From Nannocystis bainbridge (GTDB lineage Bacteria > Myxococcota_A > Polyangia > Nannocystales > Nannocystaceae), in the NCBI RefSeq assembly GCF_028368995.1, contig NZ_JAQNDL010000001.1, forward strand, positions 4,256,001 through 4,320,000: DNA of 64,000 nucleotides, read 5' to 3'. Positions 38,683-49,221 of this stretch are shown here, piece after piece. Position numbers and translations under genes: made by a program. Numbering within the stretch: position 1 is the stretch's first letter; each line of letters begins with the position of its first letter. The notes under the pieces were generated by a model. The model was given only the letters and a program-made list of their open reading frames with translations. It searched no databases and was not told the DNA's origin.

Positions 38683-40263
38683 GTGACCGCCCCCCGTCCG
38701 GCCGCGCTCGCGCTCGGGTTCGCCGCGCTCCTGTCCGCAGAGACAGGTTGCCGCAACGCCAACCTCGCCAGCGTCATGGCCCAGACGCCGAGCTACGAGC
38801 CCGAGGGCCAGACCCGCTGCGGCGTCGCGCGCAGCCACGCGCGGCCGCTGATCATCGAGTGGCCGGCGCACGACCGCAGCGAGCTCGAGACGCTGGTGGC
38901 CGAGGGCGAGCGCATGATCGCGGTCCGCTTCGCCGGCTGCGAGATGGAGCTGCTGCGCGGCTGCTCGGCCGCCGGCAGCTACCGCTACCAGGGCGTGCAG
39001 CCGAAGCGCGAGGACTACGTGTTCAAGCGGGCCGACGACCTCTACGCCAAGATCCCGCTCGGCGCGGCCAACCTCGAGGCGGAGCTCGAGCGCCACGGCG
39101 CGCTGACGCTCGGCATGACGGTGGTGGGCCGCTGGCAGGGCGGCCACGGGCGGCCGGCGCGGATCGATCTGCGCGGCGACTGCGATCAGGCGACGCACGT
39201 GATCTCGGGGCTGTCGGTCGGGGCGTTCCGCCTGTCCTCCGAGGCAGGTGCGGAGATCCGCGGCGAGGTCGGGTGGATGCAGGTGGGCGCCGGGGCCGGA
39301 TCATCTGCGGCGCGCGGGCTGGTGCGCAGCGACGGCGACCTCGCGGCCTGCGGCGACGCCGGCGGCGACGGCCCGCCGCACCGCTGCCGCGCGCTGCTGC
39401 GGGTCGAGGTCACGGCGATCCGCGAGCCGGCGGAGGTGGCGGCGGCGCGGGCTCGCCAGGTGTGCCCGCGCGACGCGGCGCTGGTCGAGGGCGGCCGCTT
39501 CCGCGCCAGCGTCGGCGGTCAGGTCGAGCTGGCCGATTTCTGCCTCGACCGCGAAGAGGTACGGGTGGCCGACTACGCCGCCTGCGCGGCCAAGGGGCCG
39601 TGCTCCGAGGCGGCCACGAGCGCCCGCTACAAGGGCGCGGACGAGGAGCTCGCGTGGGCCAACGGGCAGTGCAACGGCGACCGCGCCGGCCGGCGGCGCC
39701 ACCCGATCAACTGCATCAGCTGGAACCAGGCCGCGGCCTACTGCCAGTGGGCCGGCGGGCGCCTGCCGACCGAGGTCGAGTGGGAGTGGGCGGCCCGCGG
39801 CGGCGAGCAGGAGCGGACCTACGCGTGGGGCGAGCAGGAGCCGGGGCCGCGGCTGGTCAACGCCTGCGGGGAGGAGTGCGCGCGGGCGCGGGCCCGGCTG
39901 CAGCCGGCGCTCAAACATGGCCTTCAGGACATGCCCCCGGAGACATGGCTCAAGTTGCACGGCAAGAGCGACGGCGAGGTCGGCACGGCGCGGGTCGGCA
40001 GCTACGCCGCCGGGCGCGGCCGCGGGCAGGTCGCCGACCTGGCGGGCAACGTGTGGGAGTGGACCGCGAGCCAGGAGATCTCGTATCAGACCGGCGAGGA
40101 GCAGAACGTCGGCTGGGGCGGGCCTGACACCGGCCGCCGCGCCACTCGCGGTGGCGGCTTCCTCTCGACCGACGACAACGACGTGCGCACCACGGCCCGA
40201 CGCCTGCGCGACGTGAAGGACCGGCGGCCCGACCTCGGCTTCCGCTGCGCCTACGACCCGTGA
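38683..40263 (+). CDS. Lipoprotein with C-terminal FGE-sulfatase (SUMF1) domain
   Basis: HPINCISW, RLPTEVEWEWAARG, DLAGNVWEW, GFRCA. Confidence 0.87.
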   Translation: MTAPRPAALALGFAALLSAETGCRNANLASVMAQTPSYEPEGQTRCGVARSHARPLIIEWPAHDRSELETLVAEGERMIAVRFAGCEMELLRGCSAAGSYRYQGVQPKREDYVFKRADDLYAKIPLGAANLEAELERHGALTLGMTVVGRWQGGHGRPARIDLRGDCDQATHVISGLSVGAFRLSSEAGAEIRGEVGWMQVGAGAGSSAARGLVRSDGDLAACGDAGGDGPPHRCRALLRVEVTAIREPAEVAAARARQVCPRDAALVEGGRFRASVGGQVELADFCLDREEVRVADYAACAAKGPCSEAATSARYKGADEELAWANGQCNGDRAGRRRHPINCISWNQAAAYCQWAGGRLPTEVEWEWAARGGEQERTYAWGEQEPGPRLVNACGEECARARARLQPALKHGLQDMPPETWLKLHGKSDGEVGTARVGSYAAGRGRGQVADLAGNVWEWTASQEISYQTGEEQNVGWGGPDTGRRATRGGGFLSTDDNDVRTTARRLRDVKDRRPDLGFRCAYDP

Positions 40264-40350
40264 TCGCAGCATGTCCCTCGGGACGGTTTAATAAGGTGTC
40301 CTCGGGGACAGGTGATGCGAGGGGCCTTTACCTGTCCGAAGGGTCAGCTT

Positions 40351-40935
40351 TCAGCCCCACGCGCACAGCGGGCGGCAGGTCGCGGCGAGGCAGTCGGACA
40401 TCGGCTTCCACAGGTTCCACGACGGGCCGCCCATCAGGCCGTAGAGGTTGATGACGGACTCGCACGGGGCCTGGCAGTCGAGGCCGTAGCAGAGGCTGGA
40501 CTGCGCGCACTGCTGGATCGCCGCGCAGCCCTCGTCGGCGTGGCAGGCGTCCCACAGCGCCATGCAGTCGGTGCAGATGCAGGCGGCGCACTCGTTGCCG
40601 GGGTCGACCTCGGCCAGGCACGCCTCGATCGGGTCGGGCGCGGTCGTGCTGCTCGCATCGCCGGTCGTCGTCTCGCCCGTCGTCGTCGTCGTCGACGTCG
40701 TGCTGCTCGACGTCGTGCTCGTGGACGGCTCGCCCGTCGTGGTGGTCGTCGTCGGGTCGCCGCTGCTGCCCGTGCTGCTGGTGCTGCTCGAAGTCGAGCT
40801 GCCGGTGGTGTCGGGCGCGGCGCTGGTGACGGCGCTGGTGGTGCTGGCGACATCGGCCGTCGCGCCGCCTCCACCATCGCCGCAGGCGGCCAGAGCGAGC
40901 ACCGAGGCGAGGACCGCAGGGGGGAGGCGGGGCAT
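40351..40935 (-). CDS. Thr-rich lipoprotein with 14-Cys C-terminal domain (paralog A)
   Basis: Lipobox LAAC, Thr/Ser stalk, 14 Cys with the same spacing as 41213..41866. Confidence 0.85.
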   Translation of the reverse strand: MPRLPPAVLASVLALAACGDGGGGATADVASTTSAVTSAAPDTTGSSTSSSTSSTGSSGDPTTTTTTGEPSTSTTSSSTTSTTTTTGETTTGDASSTTAPDPIEACLAEVDPGNECAACICTDCMALWDACHADEGCAAIQQCAQSSLCYGLDCQAPCESVINLYGLMGGPSWNLWKPMSDCLAATCRPLCAWG

Positions 40936-41212
40936 GGCGCCGACGATAGCCGCTCGCTTGCGCGCCGGTCAAAATCGCGCAGCAGGCGCGAATGTGACCT
41001 CGCCCGGGGTCCGCAAGCTGGACTCGCGATCGCGACGATGCCGGCGCGGAGCGGTGCGGGCCCGCCCCAGGCGTCCGTCGCGGAGCCCCCCTCGCAGCGG
41101 CTGCGACCGACGCCTGTTCCCGGCGGCAGGTCGCGAAGACGCCGACGCAGGGGCTGCGCCGGCGTGGAGCACCGGTGGGTTCAGGGCCGGTGCGAGGCGT
41201 GCGGGTCGGGGC

Positions 41213-41866
41213 TCAGCACTGGCCCTGGCACTGCGTGTCGACGCAGGTGCCGATGGCCTGGGCCTTCATGCCGGCGGGGCCGAACGGGCCGCCGTTCATC
41301 TGGATGACGGTGCCGCACGGCCCGAGGCAGTCGATGCCGCCGCAGCCGGACTCCTGCGCGCAGTCGCGGATCGCCTGGCAGCCGGCATCCGCCGCGCAGA
41401 TCTGCAGCTCCTCGAGGCACTCGGTGCAGGCGCACTCGCCACACGGGTCGCCCGGGTTGACGCTGTCGAGGCACTGCATCAGCGGGTCGTCGGTGGTGGT
41501 GCCGGGATCGGTGGTGCTGGTGTCCTCGGTCGTCGTGCCGGGGTCGGTCGTCGACGTCGTGCCCGGGTTCTCGGTGGTCTCGGGCTCGGTGGTCGTGTCG
41601 ATCGGGCCCTCGGTCGTCGTCGTCGAAGTCGTGGTCGTCGTCGTCGCCGGCGTCGTGGTCGTCGGGTCGTCGCTGGTGATCGAGGTGCCGGTGCCCTCGG
41701 TGGTGTCGGTCGTGGCGGGCTCGGTGGAGCCGTTCGAGGTGCCGGTGTCGGTGGTCGCCTCGGTCGCCTGGACGTTGGTCTCGCTGGTCTTGCCGTCGTC
41801 GCCGCAAGCGCCGAGCGAGAGCAGGCCGAGGGCCGTCATCGAGCTGAAGAAGAAGTTGCGAATCAT
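41213..41866 (-). CDS. Thr-rich lipoprotein with 14-Cys C-terminal domain (paralog B)
   Basis: GGAGG RBS; lipobox LGAC, Thr stalk, 14 Cys. Confidence 0.85.
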   Translation of the reverse strand: MIRNFFFSSMTALGLLSLGACGDDGKTSETNVQATEATTDTGTSNGSTEPATTDTTEGTGTSITSDDPTTTTPATTTTTTSTTTTEGPIDTTTEPETTENPGTTSTTDPGTTTEDTSTTDPGTTTDDPLMQCLDSVNPGDPCGECACTECLEELQICAADAGCQAIRDCAQESGCGGIDCLGPCGTVIQMNGGPFGPAGMKAQAIGTCVDTQCQGQC

Positions 41867-42012
41867 AGGTCAGTGCCTCCTGATGGGGCGCCGCGCGCCC
41901 TTTCCGCCGCACCCTAACACGCCCCCCCGACCGGTGGGCCAGAAACGGGCGGAAAGGCCCATGCGCGCGCCCCACAGTGACGCGCTCCACAACGAAATAG
42001 CGGGCCCGTGAA

Positions 42013-44046
42013 TCAAGGCCCGGCCGCGCTCGCGGCCACCTGTTGCAGCAGGTCGAAGCGCGCCTGATAGAGCTCGGCGATCCGCCCCAGGCCCTCGATG
42101 TGATGGCCCTGGCCGGCGAATTCGACGAGCGTGACCGGCTTGCCGAGCGCGCGCGCCCTGTCGTGGAAAGCGCGCGACTCGCCGACCGGCACGCGCCAGT
42201 CGTTGCTGCCGTGGGTGAGGAGCAGCGGGGCGGCGAGCAGGTCGACGTGCGAGAGCGGACTGCGATCCTTCATGCGCGCCAGGTCCTCGGGGCGGCTCGG
42301 ATCGCCGCTCTCCAGCACCACCCAGTCGGGGATGTTGCACTGGTCGTGGAAGCTCTTGATGTCGGAGAAGCCGGCGTGGGCCAGGCCGAAGCCGAACTCG
42401 TAGCGCTCGGCATGTCCCTTGGTACCTGGCGGAAAGGTCAGAGCCCGCATGGTCGCGTAGCCGCCGTGGCTGCCGCCGAACACGCCGATCTGCGCCGGCT
42501 TCAGGCCGAGCGTGCGCTCGGTCCAGCGGGCGACGTGGAACAGGTCGACGATCTCGTCGCCGCCGAGGTCGCGGTCGTTGAGGGCCGCGAACGCCTTGCC
42601 GAAGCCGTCGCCGCCGCGCACCGTCGGCGACACGACGGTCAGGCCGGCCGCGCACATGACGTTGGCGAAGGTGCTGTAGTGGTTCTCGCCGCCGTAGAAC
42701 GCCTCGACGAGGGCGAGCCGGTGGCCGGGGTCCGCGGGCGGACGGCGCGGGGTGAGGACAAAGGCGTGCAGCTCGCGCGGCTTGCCGGTGGCCTTGTCGC
42801 GGTCGAAGGTCGGGATCTTGACCCGCTCGGCGCGGCACTGGGCGACGGCCTCGCGCACGGCGGGCGCGGGCCCGAGGCTGAAGCCGGGGCCGAACGCGGG
42901 GCCCTGGGCGTCGGCGTGGACCGGCTGGACGTTGAGCTCGAAGTACTGGTCGGGCGCCTCGTGGGTCCAGATCACCCGGCCGTCGCGGCCCTCGAGCACG
43001 TCGGCCGCGCCCGGCAGCGGGCGCGCGGCCAGGACCTTGCCGGTGCGCGGATCGATCACCGCCAGCGACGAGCCGAGCGGGCTGCGGTGCACGCCGACCA
43101 CGCCGATGGCGGTGATGAAGGCCGAGGTCAGGTCCTCGGTGAAGCGCGTGAGCTGCTTGATCGCACCTGTCTTGCGGGACAGGCTGTAGAGGTTGCGGTA
43201 GCCGTCGTCGTTGGCGAGCAGCAGCGCGGTGTCGGCGTCGAGCCAGCCCTCGAGCAGCTCGGCGTCGGTGCGCGTGACCTTGGGGTCGGTGAGCACGCGG
43301 ACGACCGGGCGCGCGGCCGTGAGGTCGACCGCGACGAGCTGGGTCCGGTTGCGATCGCCGTCGACCTGGGCGGCGAAGAACACCTCGCGGCCGTCGGGTG
43401 AGAACCGCGGCGACGACCACGTGAAGGTCAGGGCCGGCGTGTCGCAGACGACCTCGCGCGCCGCCTTGCTGGCGATGTCCAGGACGCGCAGGCAGGTGCG
43501 GTACGGCGGCGCCTCACCGGCGCGCGGGAGGTAGGCGATCTGCGATTCAGCGTCGTCGAGGCCGAATCCGTAGACGTAATCGTGGTCGGTGACCTGCTCG
43601 AGCGCCCCTGTCTTGAGATTCAGGGTCCATAGATTCATGCGCTCGTCATTGCGAGCATCGGCGTGCAGCCACAGCGTCGCGCTGGCGGCGTGGTGGTGCA
43701 GGCGCCACAGGCTGCGCTGGGACCAATCGACGTCCGAGACCTTGGTGGCCTGGATCGGGTCGCGGATCGAGTCGTCGGCGAGGTCGAGCACCTGCAGCTC
43801 GTAGCGCTCGCCGGTCTTCAGCACGAACAGCTTGCCGGTGCGCAGGCTCGGCATCCATTGCGTATACGGGAAGCCGGTGAGGAACGGCGCGAGGTCGACG
43901 GCGCGGTCGAAATAGCGGACCACGCCGACCTCGGCCTCGGGCTTGGCCGCGCCCGCGGGCGGCTCGCTGTTCGGATACGGTTTGGCCGCCCTCGGGGGGG
44001 CGCAGGCGGCCAGCAGGGTGAGCGTCGCGACGAGGGGAGTGCGCAC
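42013..44046 (-). CDS. S9 prolyl-oligopeptidase-family lipoprotein
   Basis: Lipobox LAAC; beta-propeller; GGSHGG, HGSNDWRVP, GQGH. Confidence 0.9.
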   Translation of the reverse strand: MRTPLVATLTLLAACAPPRAAKPYPNSEPPAGAAKPEAEVGVVRYFDRAVDLAPFLTGFPYTQWMPSLRTGKLFVLKTGERYELQVLDLADDSIRDPIQATKVSDVDWSQRSLWRLHHHAASATLWLHADARNDERMNLWTLNLKTGALEQVTDHDYVYGFGLDDAESQIAYLPRAGEAPPYRTCLRVLDIASKAAREVVCDTPALTFTWSSPRFSPDGREVFFAAQVDGDRNRTQLVAVDLTAARPVVRVLTDPKVTRTDAELLEGWLDADTALLLANDDGYRNLYSLSRKTGAIKQLTRFTEDLTSAFITAIGVVGVHRSPLGSSLAVIDPRTGKVLAARPLPGAADVLEGRDGRVIWTHEAPDQYFELNVQPVHADAQGPAFGPGFSLGPAPAVREAVAQCRAERVKIPTFDRDKATGKPRELHAFVLTPRRPPADPGHRLALVEAFYGGENHYSTFANVMCAAGLTVVSPTVRGGDGFGKAFAALNDRDLGGDEIVDLFHVARWTERTLGLKPAQIGVFGGSHGGYATMRALTFPPGTKGHAERYEFGFGLAHAGFSDIKSFHDQCNIPDWVVLESGDPSRPEDLARMKDRSPLSHVDLLAAPLLLTHGSNDWRVPVGESRAFHDRARALGKPVTLVEFAGQGHHIEGLGRIAELYQARFDLLQQVAASAAGP

Positions 44047-44109
44047 GGCCCTACCCTGCTAGCAGCCCGCCCGCGCCGGGTGCAAGGGGGGCGCGGGCGG
44101 CGGCGCGGG

Positions 44110-45093
44110 TCAGAGCGCCTGGGTCTGGGTCATCAACAGGCCGCCGTTCTCGGACGGGCTGGTGGTGCTGCAGGTCGGCAGGACGCCCTTGCCGGCGGCC
44201 ACACACTCGGCGATCACCGCGGCGCGCGTCCACGACAGCCGGCGCGGAGTGTTGAGGCAGACCGCGCCGTCGGGGCCCCACTTGGCCTCGACCGGCCAGG
44301 CGGTCCCGGGCTGCTGGATGCCCCACTTGTCGCTCACGTCGATCGGGTTGCCGTTGACGGTGTGGCTCGCGCCCGTGCCGCAGTAGTCGGCCCGGATCAT
44401 GCGCACCGCGGCCTGGTGGGCGTCCTTCAGCGAGGTCGCGCCGACGCTGCGCCACGGCGCGTAGCCCCACTCGACCGCCTTGGCCAGGGCGGCGCCGCGA
44501 CAGGCCCAGGTGAACGCGTCGGCGTACTCGATGCGCGAGCCGGTGCGCTCGTCCCAGGCGAAGTTGAGGGCGATCGCCTCGGTCGGGTTGCTGGCGCCGT
44601 CGCGGCACAGATACTCCCAGGTGGTGGCGTCGACCTGGTAGCGCACGTCGTTGAAGTAGATGTCGTCGTCGGAGCCGCTCTGCACGACGCTGAAGATCTT
44701 GAGCCGCTTGTTCTCGAAGCTGCCGGGCGAGATCTCGTAGTCGAACTCGTACTCGGCGTCGACGAGCTCGGCGCCCGAGCGCTGGATCGAGTCGAGCAGC
44801 GCAGTGATGAGGCTGCCCGACGTGATGGCGAAGCTGTCGAGCTCGGAGGTGTTCATGCGCATCCCGTTCATGCGCATCCCGTTCATCACCTCGCCGTTCA
44901 TCCGCATGCCGTTCATCCGCATGCCGTTGACGAGCGGTCCGTTGACCTGGACGCCGTTGTCGATGACGGTGCGAAACGTGACGCCGTCGTCGATCGGCGT
45001 GCCGACCTGGGCGTGCTCGGCCACCTCGTCACATCCGACGAGCCCGATGCTCAAAGCCGCGACCACCAAAGTATGCTTATGAACCGAAAACAT
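44110..45093 (-). CDS. ADYC-domain lipoprotein with NGMRM pentapeptide repeats
   Basis: GGAGG RBS, lipobox LVGC; NGxxx repeats; FTWACRGAALAKAVEWGYAPW, RMIRADYCG, EAKWGPDGAVCL. Confidence 0.88.
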   Translation of the reverse strand: MFSVHKHTLVVAALSIGLVGCDEVAEHAQVGTPIDDGVTFRTVIDNGVQVNGPLVNGMRMNGMRMNGEVMNGMRMNGMRMNTSELDSFAITSGSLITALLDSIQRSGAELVDAEYEFDYEISPGSFENKRLKIFSVVQSGSDDDIYFNDVRYQVDATTWEYLCRDGASNPTEAIALNFAWDERTGSRIEYADAFTWACRGAALAKAVEWGYAPWRSVGATSLKDAHQAAVRMIRADYCGTGASHTVNGNPIDVSDKWGIQQPGTAWPVEAKWGPDGAVCLNTPRRLSWTRAAVIAECVAAGKGVLPTCSTTSPSENGGLLMTQTQAL

Positions 45094-45273
45094 GGCTTCC
45101 CCCTCCAAGGGCCGAAAAACCGGCCTCACCATCTTTCATATCGCGGGTGATCCGATTTTACGAGTGACAGCACACCGCGAAATATTCGCAGTCGCCGTCG
45201 GGCGCCCGCCCGGCGCCCGCCCGCGCGTGTGGTCTGCGAATCGCCGCTCCGCGACTGACGACTGACGGCCTCT

Positions 45274-48200
45274 TCACGATCCGCCGGTCGGCCTCGCGGG
45301 CGCGACCGAGGCGCAAACACGCAACCCCAGCGTCGAATCACGGGTGTCCGGCGACCACGGATAGCGGTTCACGGAGCGACAGGTCACCTCGTCGTAATAA
45401 TAAGCCCCGCCGCGGATGATGCCCTCGTTCGGCGCGAGGGACGAAGTCGTCCACTCCCAGACGTTGCCGACCAGATCGTCGACGCCGAACGGGCTGCGCG
45501 AGGCCGGGTGGGCGCCGCCGACGTCAGGCCCGCCGTGCTCGGGGACGCGGGCGTAGGTCTCGTCGTAGTTGGCGTCGGCGCGCGTGATCGAGTCGGCGTG
45601 GGGGAAGTTGCGGGCATCGGCGCCGCGGGCCGCTCGCTCCCACTCCCATTCGGAGCAAAGCCGGGCGCCCGGGACCCGCCCGGAGCGATCGAGCCAGCGG
45701 AGGTACGCGTTCGCGTCGTCCCACGAGATGGCCGAGACCGGCATGTCGAGCCAGTCCTGCTCGGCCAGCGCGTCGCGCCCGGCGTAGCGCAGCGGCTCGC
45801 CCATGCGCGCGGCGTAGGTGGCCTCGCCGGCCTTCATCACCAGCCGCCAGCCGCGCTCGACCGGCTCGAGGCGGACGCCGACGTGGAACTTGTCGGCCTC
45901 GACGCCGGGGGTCCTCAGCGCGCGCTCGGCCGCGGGCAGGTCGTCGAGGAAGGCGATCCATTCGCGCCAGGTGGTCTCGCGCCGGGCGATCGCGTAGCTG
46001 CCGGTGGTGACCTCGTGCTGCGGGGCGGCGAAGAAGAACTTGCGGCGGATCGTGTCCTCGTCGGCGCTGCCGAACAGCGCGGCGCCGGCGGCCACGAACG
46101 CGAAGCCGGGCGGGATCGACGAGGCCAGGGGGATGTCGAGCGCGAGCTGCTTCGCCTCGCCGCGCCCCAGCAGCACGGGATAGAAGATCGGCTCGCGACC
46201 GTCGATCGCGAGCTCGAGCAAGTACGAGCCGGGCGCCAGCTCGAGCGGCGCGACCGGGGCGAGGCCGAGCTCGCGCGGCTCGACCAGAGCGTAGCGGTGG
46301 TCGTCGTCGCGCTCGTAGCGGGCCAGCTTGACCGTGGCGGCGTCGGGCCCGACCGCGACCGAGAGCGTCGCCGGGGCGCTCCAGCGAGCCTGGCGCGTGC
46401 CGTCGTCGTAGAGCCTCACGCGCGCGACCAGCTCCTCGGCCAGCTCGGGCCTGTAGCGCACCTCGGCCAGCGCGGCCCGCTCGTACAGCGCGTCGGCGAT
46501 CAGCTGCTTGGCCTCGGGGTGCGCGGGGTCGAAGCCGAGAGCCACCTCCGAGGCCGAGATCGCCTCCTTGTAGGTGCGGTCGGCCTCGTCGAAGCGGTGC
46601 AGCGTGCGCGCCCACTCCTCCTCGCCGCCCGGGACGTCGCGGCCGTCGAACTTGCGCAGCGCGTGGGCCCGGCTGGTCCGCGCCTCCTGGTCGTGCGCGT
46701 GGGCGGCCGCGAACGCCTCGCGCGCGCGCGTGAGCTGGTCGTCGACCTTGCCCGCCAGCGCTCGCGCCTCCTGGACCTTCACCCCGGCGAACGCGAGCCC
46801 GGCGACCAGCGGCAGGGTCGCGATCGCCACCCCGCGCAGCCAGCGACGGCGCCGCAGCTCGGCCGCGCTGGCGGCCAGGAACTCGCGCTCGCGCGCCCGC
46901 AGGCTCGCGGCCTCGAGCTTGTCGGACTCGACCAGCTGTTCGGCCGTCCACAGGCCCACCTGGCCCTGCCCGAGGCGCTGCCACTCGACCGCCGCCTGCT
47001 CGAGGCGATGACGGATCTCCCGCGACTCGCGCTCCTCGTTGATCCACCGCTGCAGGGCGCTCCAGTTGCGGATCAGCGCCTCGTGGGCGATCTCGTGGAC
47101 GGTGCCGTCCTGGGCCTCGCGCGCGACCACGAGGCGGCCGCGGACCAGGGCCTCGAGCGCGGCTTCGCTGGCCGGGTCGCCGCTGACGAGGTCCTCGACC
47201 GGCAGGCTCGCGCGCGTGTCCTCGATGGTGACGAGGCGCATCAGCAGCCGGCGCACGGCGATCCGCTGCGACGGCGGCAGGCCGGCGACGACGTTGTCGG
47301 CGTGGCGCGCGAGCGCCCCGGTGACGCGACCGATCCGCTCGAGATCGGCGGCGGTGATGATCTTGCTGCCGGCCTCGCGCGCCTCCCACAGCTCGGCCAG
47401 CGCGAACTGCAAGAGCGGCAGGCTGCCCTCGACGCCGGCCTGGATCAGCTCGTCGACGAGGCCCTCCGAGCCGAAGTGCACGCCCTGCAGCGCCGCCGGG
47501 CCGACGATCGCCTCGCGCATGCCCTCGCGCGTGAGCGGCGTGAGCAGGTAGACGGCGGGGTTGATGAACGGCCCGAGCTGCGGCAGCGCGGCCGCGCGGG
47601 TCAAGAAGTCGCCGCGCACGCTGGCGAGCAGGCGCAGGCTCGGCACGCCGGAGGCGAAGGCGGTGAGGAAGCGGCCGAACGGCTCGACCTGCGGCGCCTC
47701 GCTGAGGGTGACGAGCTCCTCGAGCTGGTCGATGAACAGGACGAACCCGCGGTCCTTGCCCTGGCGGCGCGCGAGCAGGCGCACCAGGCCCTCGGGCTCG
47801 CCCATGAGCAGGGTGCGCAGGGCCTCCTCCTTGAGCGTGAAGTGCGAAGCGAGCGCGGACACCAGGGTCTGCAGCGGGCGCCGGCCGGGGATCATCGCCA
47901 GGCTGCTCCACGTGCGGCCGCCGACCCCGGGAGGTTGGCTCGCCTGCGGCAGCACGCCGGCGCGGCACAGCGACGACTTGCCGACGCCCGAGTCGCCGGC
48001 CACCAGCACGAACGACTGCACGCGCAGGCGATCGACGACGGTGCGGATCTCCGCGACCCGGCCGAAGAACACGGCGCGGTGGCGGGCCTCGAACGCCTGC
48101 AGGCCGCGGTACGGGTTGCCGTGGATGACCTCGGCGATCGGTCCGGTGGTCAGCAGCAGCTCGAGCGCGGTGCACAGCTCGTCGGCCGAGGCGAACCGGG

Positions 48201-49113
48201 CCGAGGACGCGCGCTGCAGGCAGCGGTCGATCAGCGCCGCGAACCGGCTGTCGACCGCGGGCGCGACCTCCTGCAGCGGCCGCGGAGATGTCTCTTGGGA
48301 CAGGCGGGCCAGCTCGAGCGTGCTGGTCGCCTCGAGCGGCGGATGCCCGGCGCAGAGGATGTAGAGCAGCGCGCCGAGGGCGTAGATGTCGGAGCTGCGG
48401 GTGGCCGGCTCGGCGCGCCACAGCTCGGGCGCCATGTAATACGGCGTGCCGACGATCACCTCGTCGTCGGCGTCCTCTCCCGACGCCCGGCCCGCCATCG
48501 TGCTGTCGAGCGGCGCGACGATGTCGACGCGCGGGATCCCGAACTCGGCCGTGTCGCCGATATGGTTGTCGACCCCGAGCATCACCGGCGCCGGCGTCTT
48601 GATGTCGGGCCGCCGCGCGGCCCCCTGCGGCACCAGCTTGGCCAGCCCGAAGTCGAGCAGCTTGACCTCGCCGAGCTCGTTGCGGACCACGTTGGCGAGC
48701 TTGATGTCGCGGTGCAGCACGCCCTGGCGGTGCGCCGCCGCCAGCCCGCGGGCGAGGCCGACGCCGATCGTCAGCGCCTCCTGCCACGGCAAGGCGCTCT
48801 TGATGTCCGACAGCGGCTGGCCGCGGACGTACTCGGAGATGATGTAGAGCCGCCCCTCGAGCTCGCCGATGCGGTGGATCGCCATCACGTTCGGGTGGGC
48901 GATCCGGGCCGCGGCGCGGGCCTCGGTGACGAACCGCTCGCGCGTGCGCGGATTCGCGTCGCGGGCGTTGATGAACTTGATCGCTACCGGCCGGTCCAGG
49001 ATCGTGTCGTGACCCAGGAACACGACGCCCATGCTGCCGCTGCCGAGCCCGCGGACGAGGCGGTACTCATCGAACTGTTGTGGAAGGGTCCATTCGCCGC
49101 CGGCCGACATCAT
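45274..49113 (-). CDS. Ser/Thr kinase - nSTAND1-like NTPase - TM - PEGA-like - FGE-sulfatase multidomain receptor
   Basis: LGSGSMG, VAIK, HRDIKLAN, DFG, GTPYYMAPE; NPYRGL..F, GDSGVGKSS, IDQLEE, EIAHEAL; TM helix; GNVWEW, GLRVC. Confidence 0.92.
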   Translation of the reverse strand: MMSAGGEWTLPQQFDEYRLVRGLGSGSMGVVFLGHDTILDRPVAIKFINARDANPRTRERFVTEARAAARIAHPNVMAIHRIGELEGRLYIISEYVRGQPLSDIKSALPWQEALTIGVGLARGLAAAHRQGVLHRDIKLANVVRNELGEVKLLDFGLAKLVPQGAARRPDIKTPAPVMLGVDNHIGDTAEFGIPRVDIVAPLDSTMAGRASGEDADDEVIVGTPYYMAPELWRAEPATRSSDIYALGALLYILCAGHPPLEATSTLELARLSQETSPRPLQEVAPAVDSRFAALIDRCLQRASSARFASADELCTALELLLTTGPIAEVIHGNPYRGLQAFEARHRAVFFGRVAEIRTVVDRLRVQSFVLVAGDSGVGKSSLCRAGVLPQASQPPGVGGRTWSSLAMIPGRRPLQTLVSALASHFTLKEEALRTLLMGEPEGLVRLLARRQGKDRGFVLFIDQLEELVTLSEAPQVEPFGRFLTAFASGVPSLRLLASVRGDFLTRAAALPQLGPFINPAVYLLTPLTREGMREAIVGPAALQGVHFGSEGLVDELIQAGVEGSLPLLQFALAELWEAREAGSKIITAADLERIGRVTGALARHADNVVAGLPPSQRIAVRRLLMRLVTIEDTRASLPVEDLVSGDPASEAALEALVRGRLVVAREAQDGTVHEIAHEALIRNWSALQRWINEERESREIRHRLEQAAVEWQRLGQGQVGLWTAEQLVESDKLEAASLRAREREFLAASAAELRRRRWLRGVAIATLPLVAGLAFAGVKVQEARALAGKVDDQLTRAREAFAAAHAHDQEARTSRAHALRKFDGRDVPGGEEEWARTLHRFDEADRTYKEAISASEVALGFDPAHPEAKQLIADALYERAALAEVRYRPELAEELVARVRLYDDGTRQARWSAPATLSVAVGPDAATVKLARYERDDDHRYALVEPRELGLAPVAPLELAPGSYLLELAIDGREPIFYPVLLGRGEAKQLALDIPLASSIPPGFAFVAAGAALFGSADEDTIRRKFFFAAPQHEVTTGSYAIARRETTWREWIAFLDDLPAAERALRTPGVEADKFHVGVRLEPVERGWRLVMKAGEATYAARMGEPLRYAGRDALAEQDWLDMPVSAISWDDANAYLRWLDRSGRVPGARLCSEWEWERAARGADARNFPHADSITRADANYDETYARVPEHGGPDVGGAHPASRSPFGVDDLVGNVWEWTTSSLAPNEGIIRGGAYYYDEVTCRSVNRYPWSPDTRDSTLGLRVCASVAPARPTGGS

Positions 49114-49221
49114 TCCCGCGTCGACCCCTCCTTTTATCGTCTCCTGGATGGCCGCAAGTATATACGGCGGAGGGGGCGCGCCGCGGCCCGGTCGTTCGTC
49201 CCACGGCCCCGTCCGCCCCGG

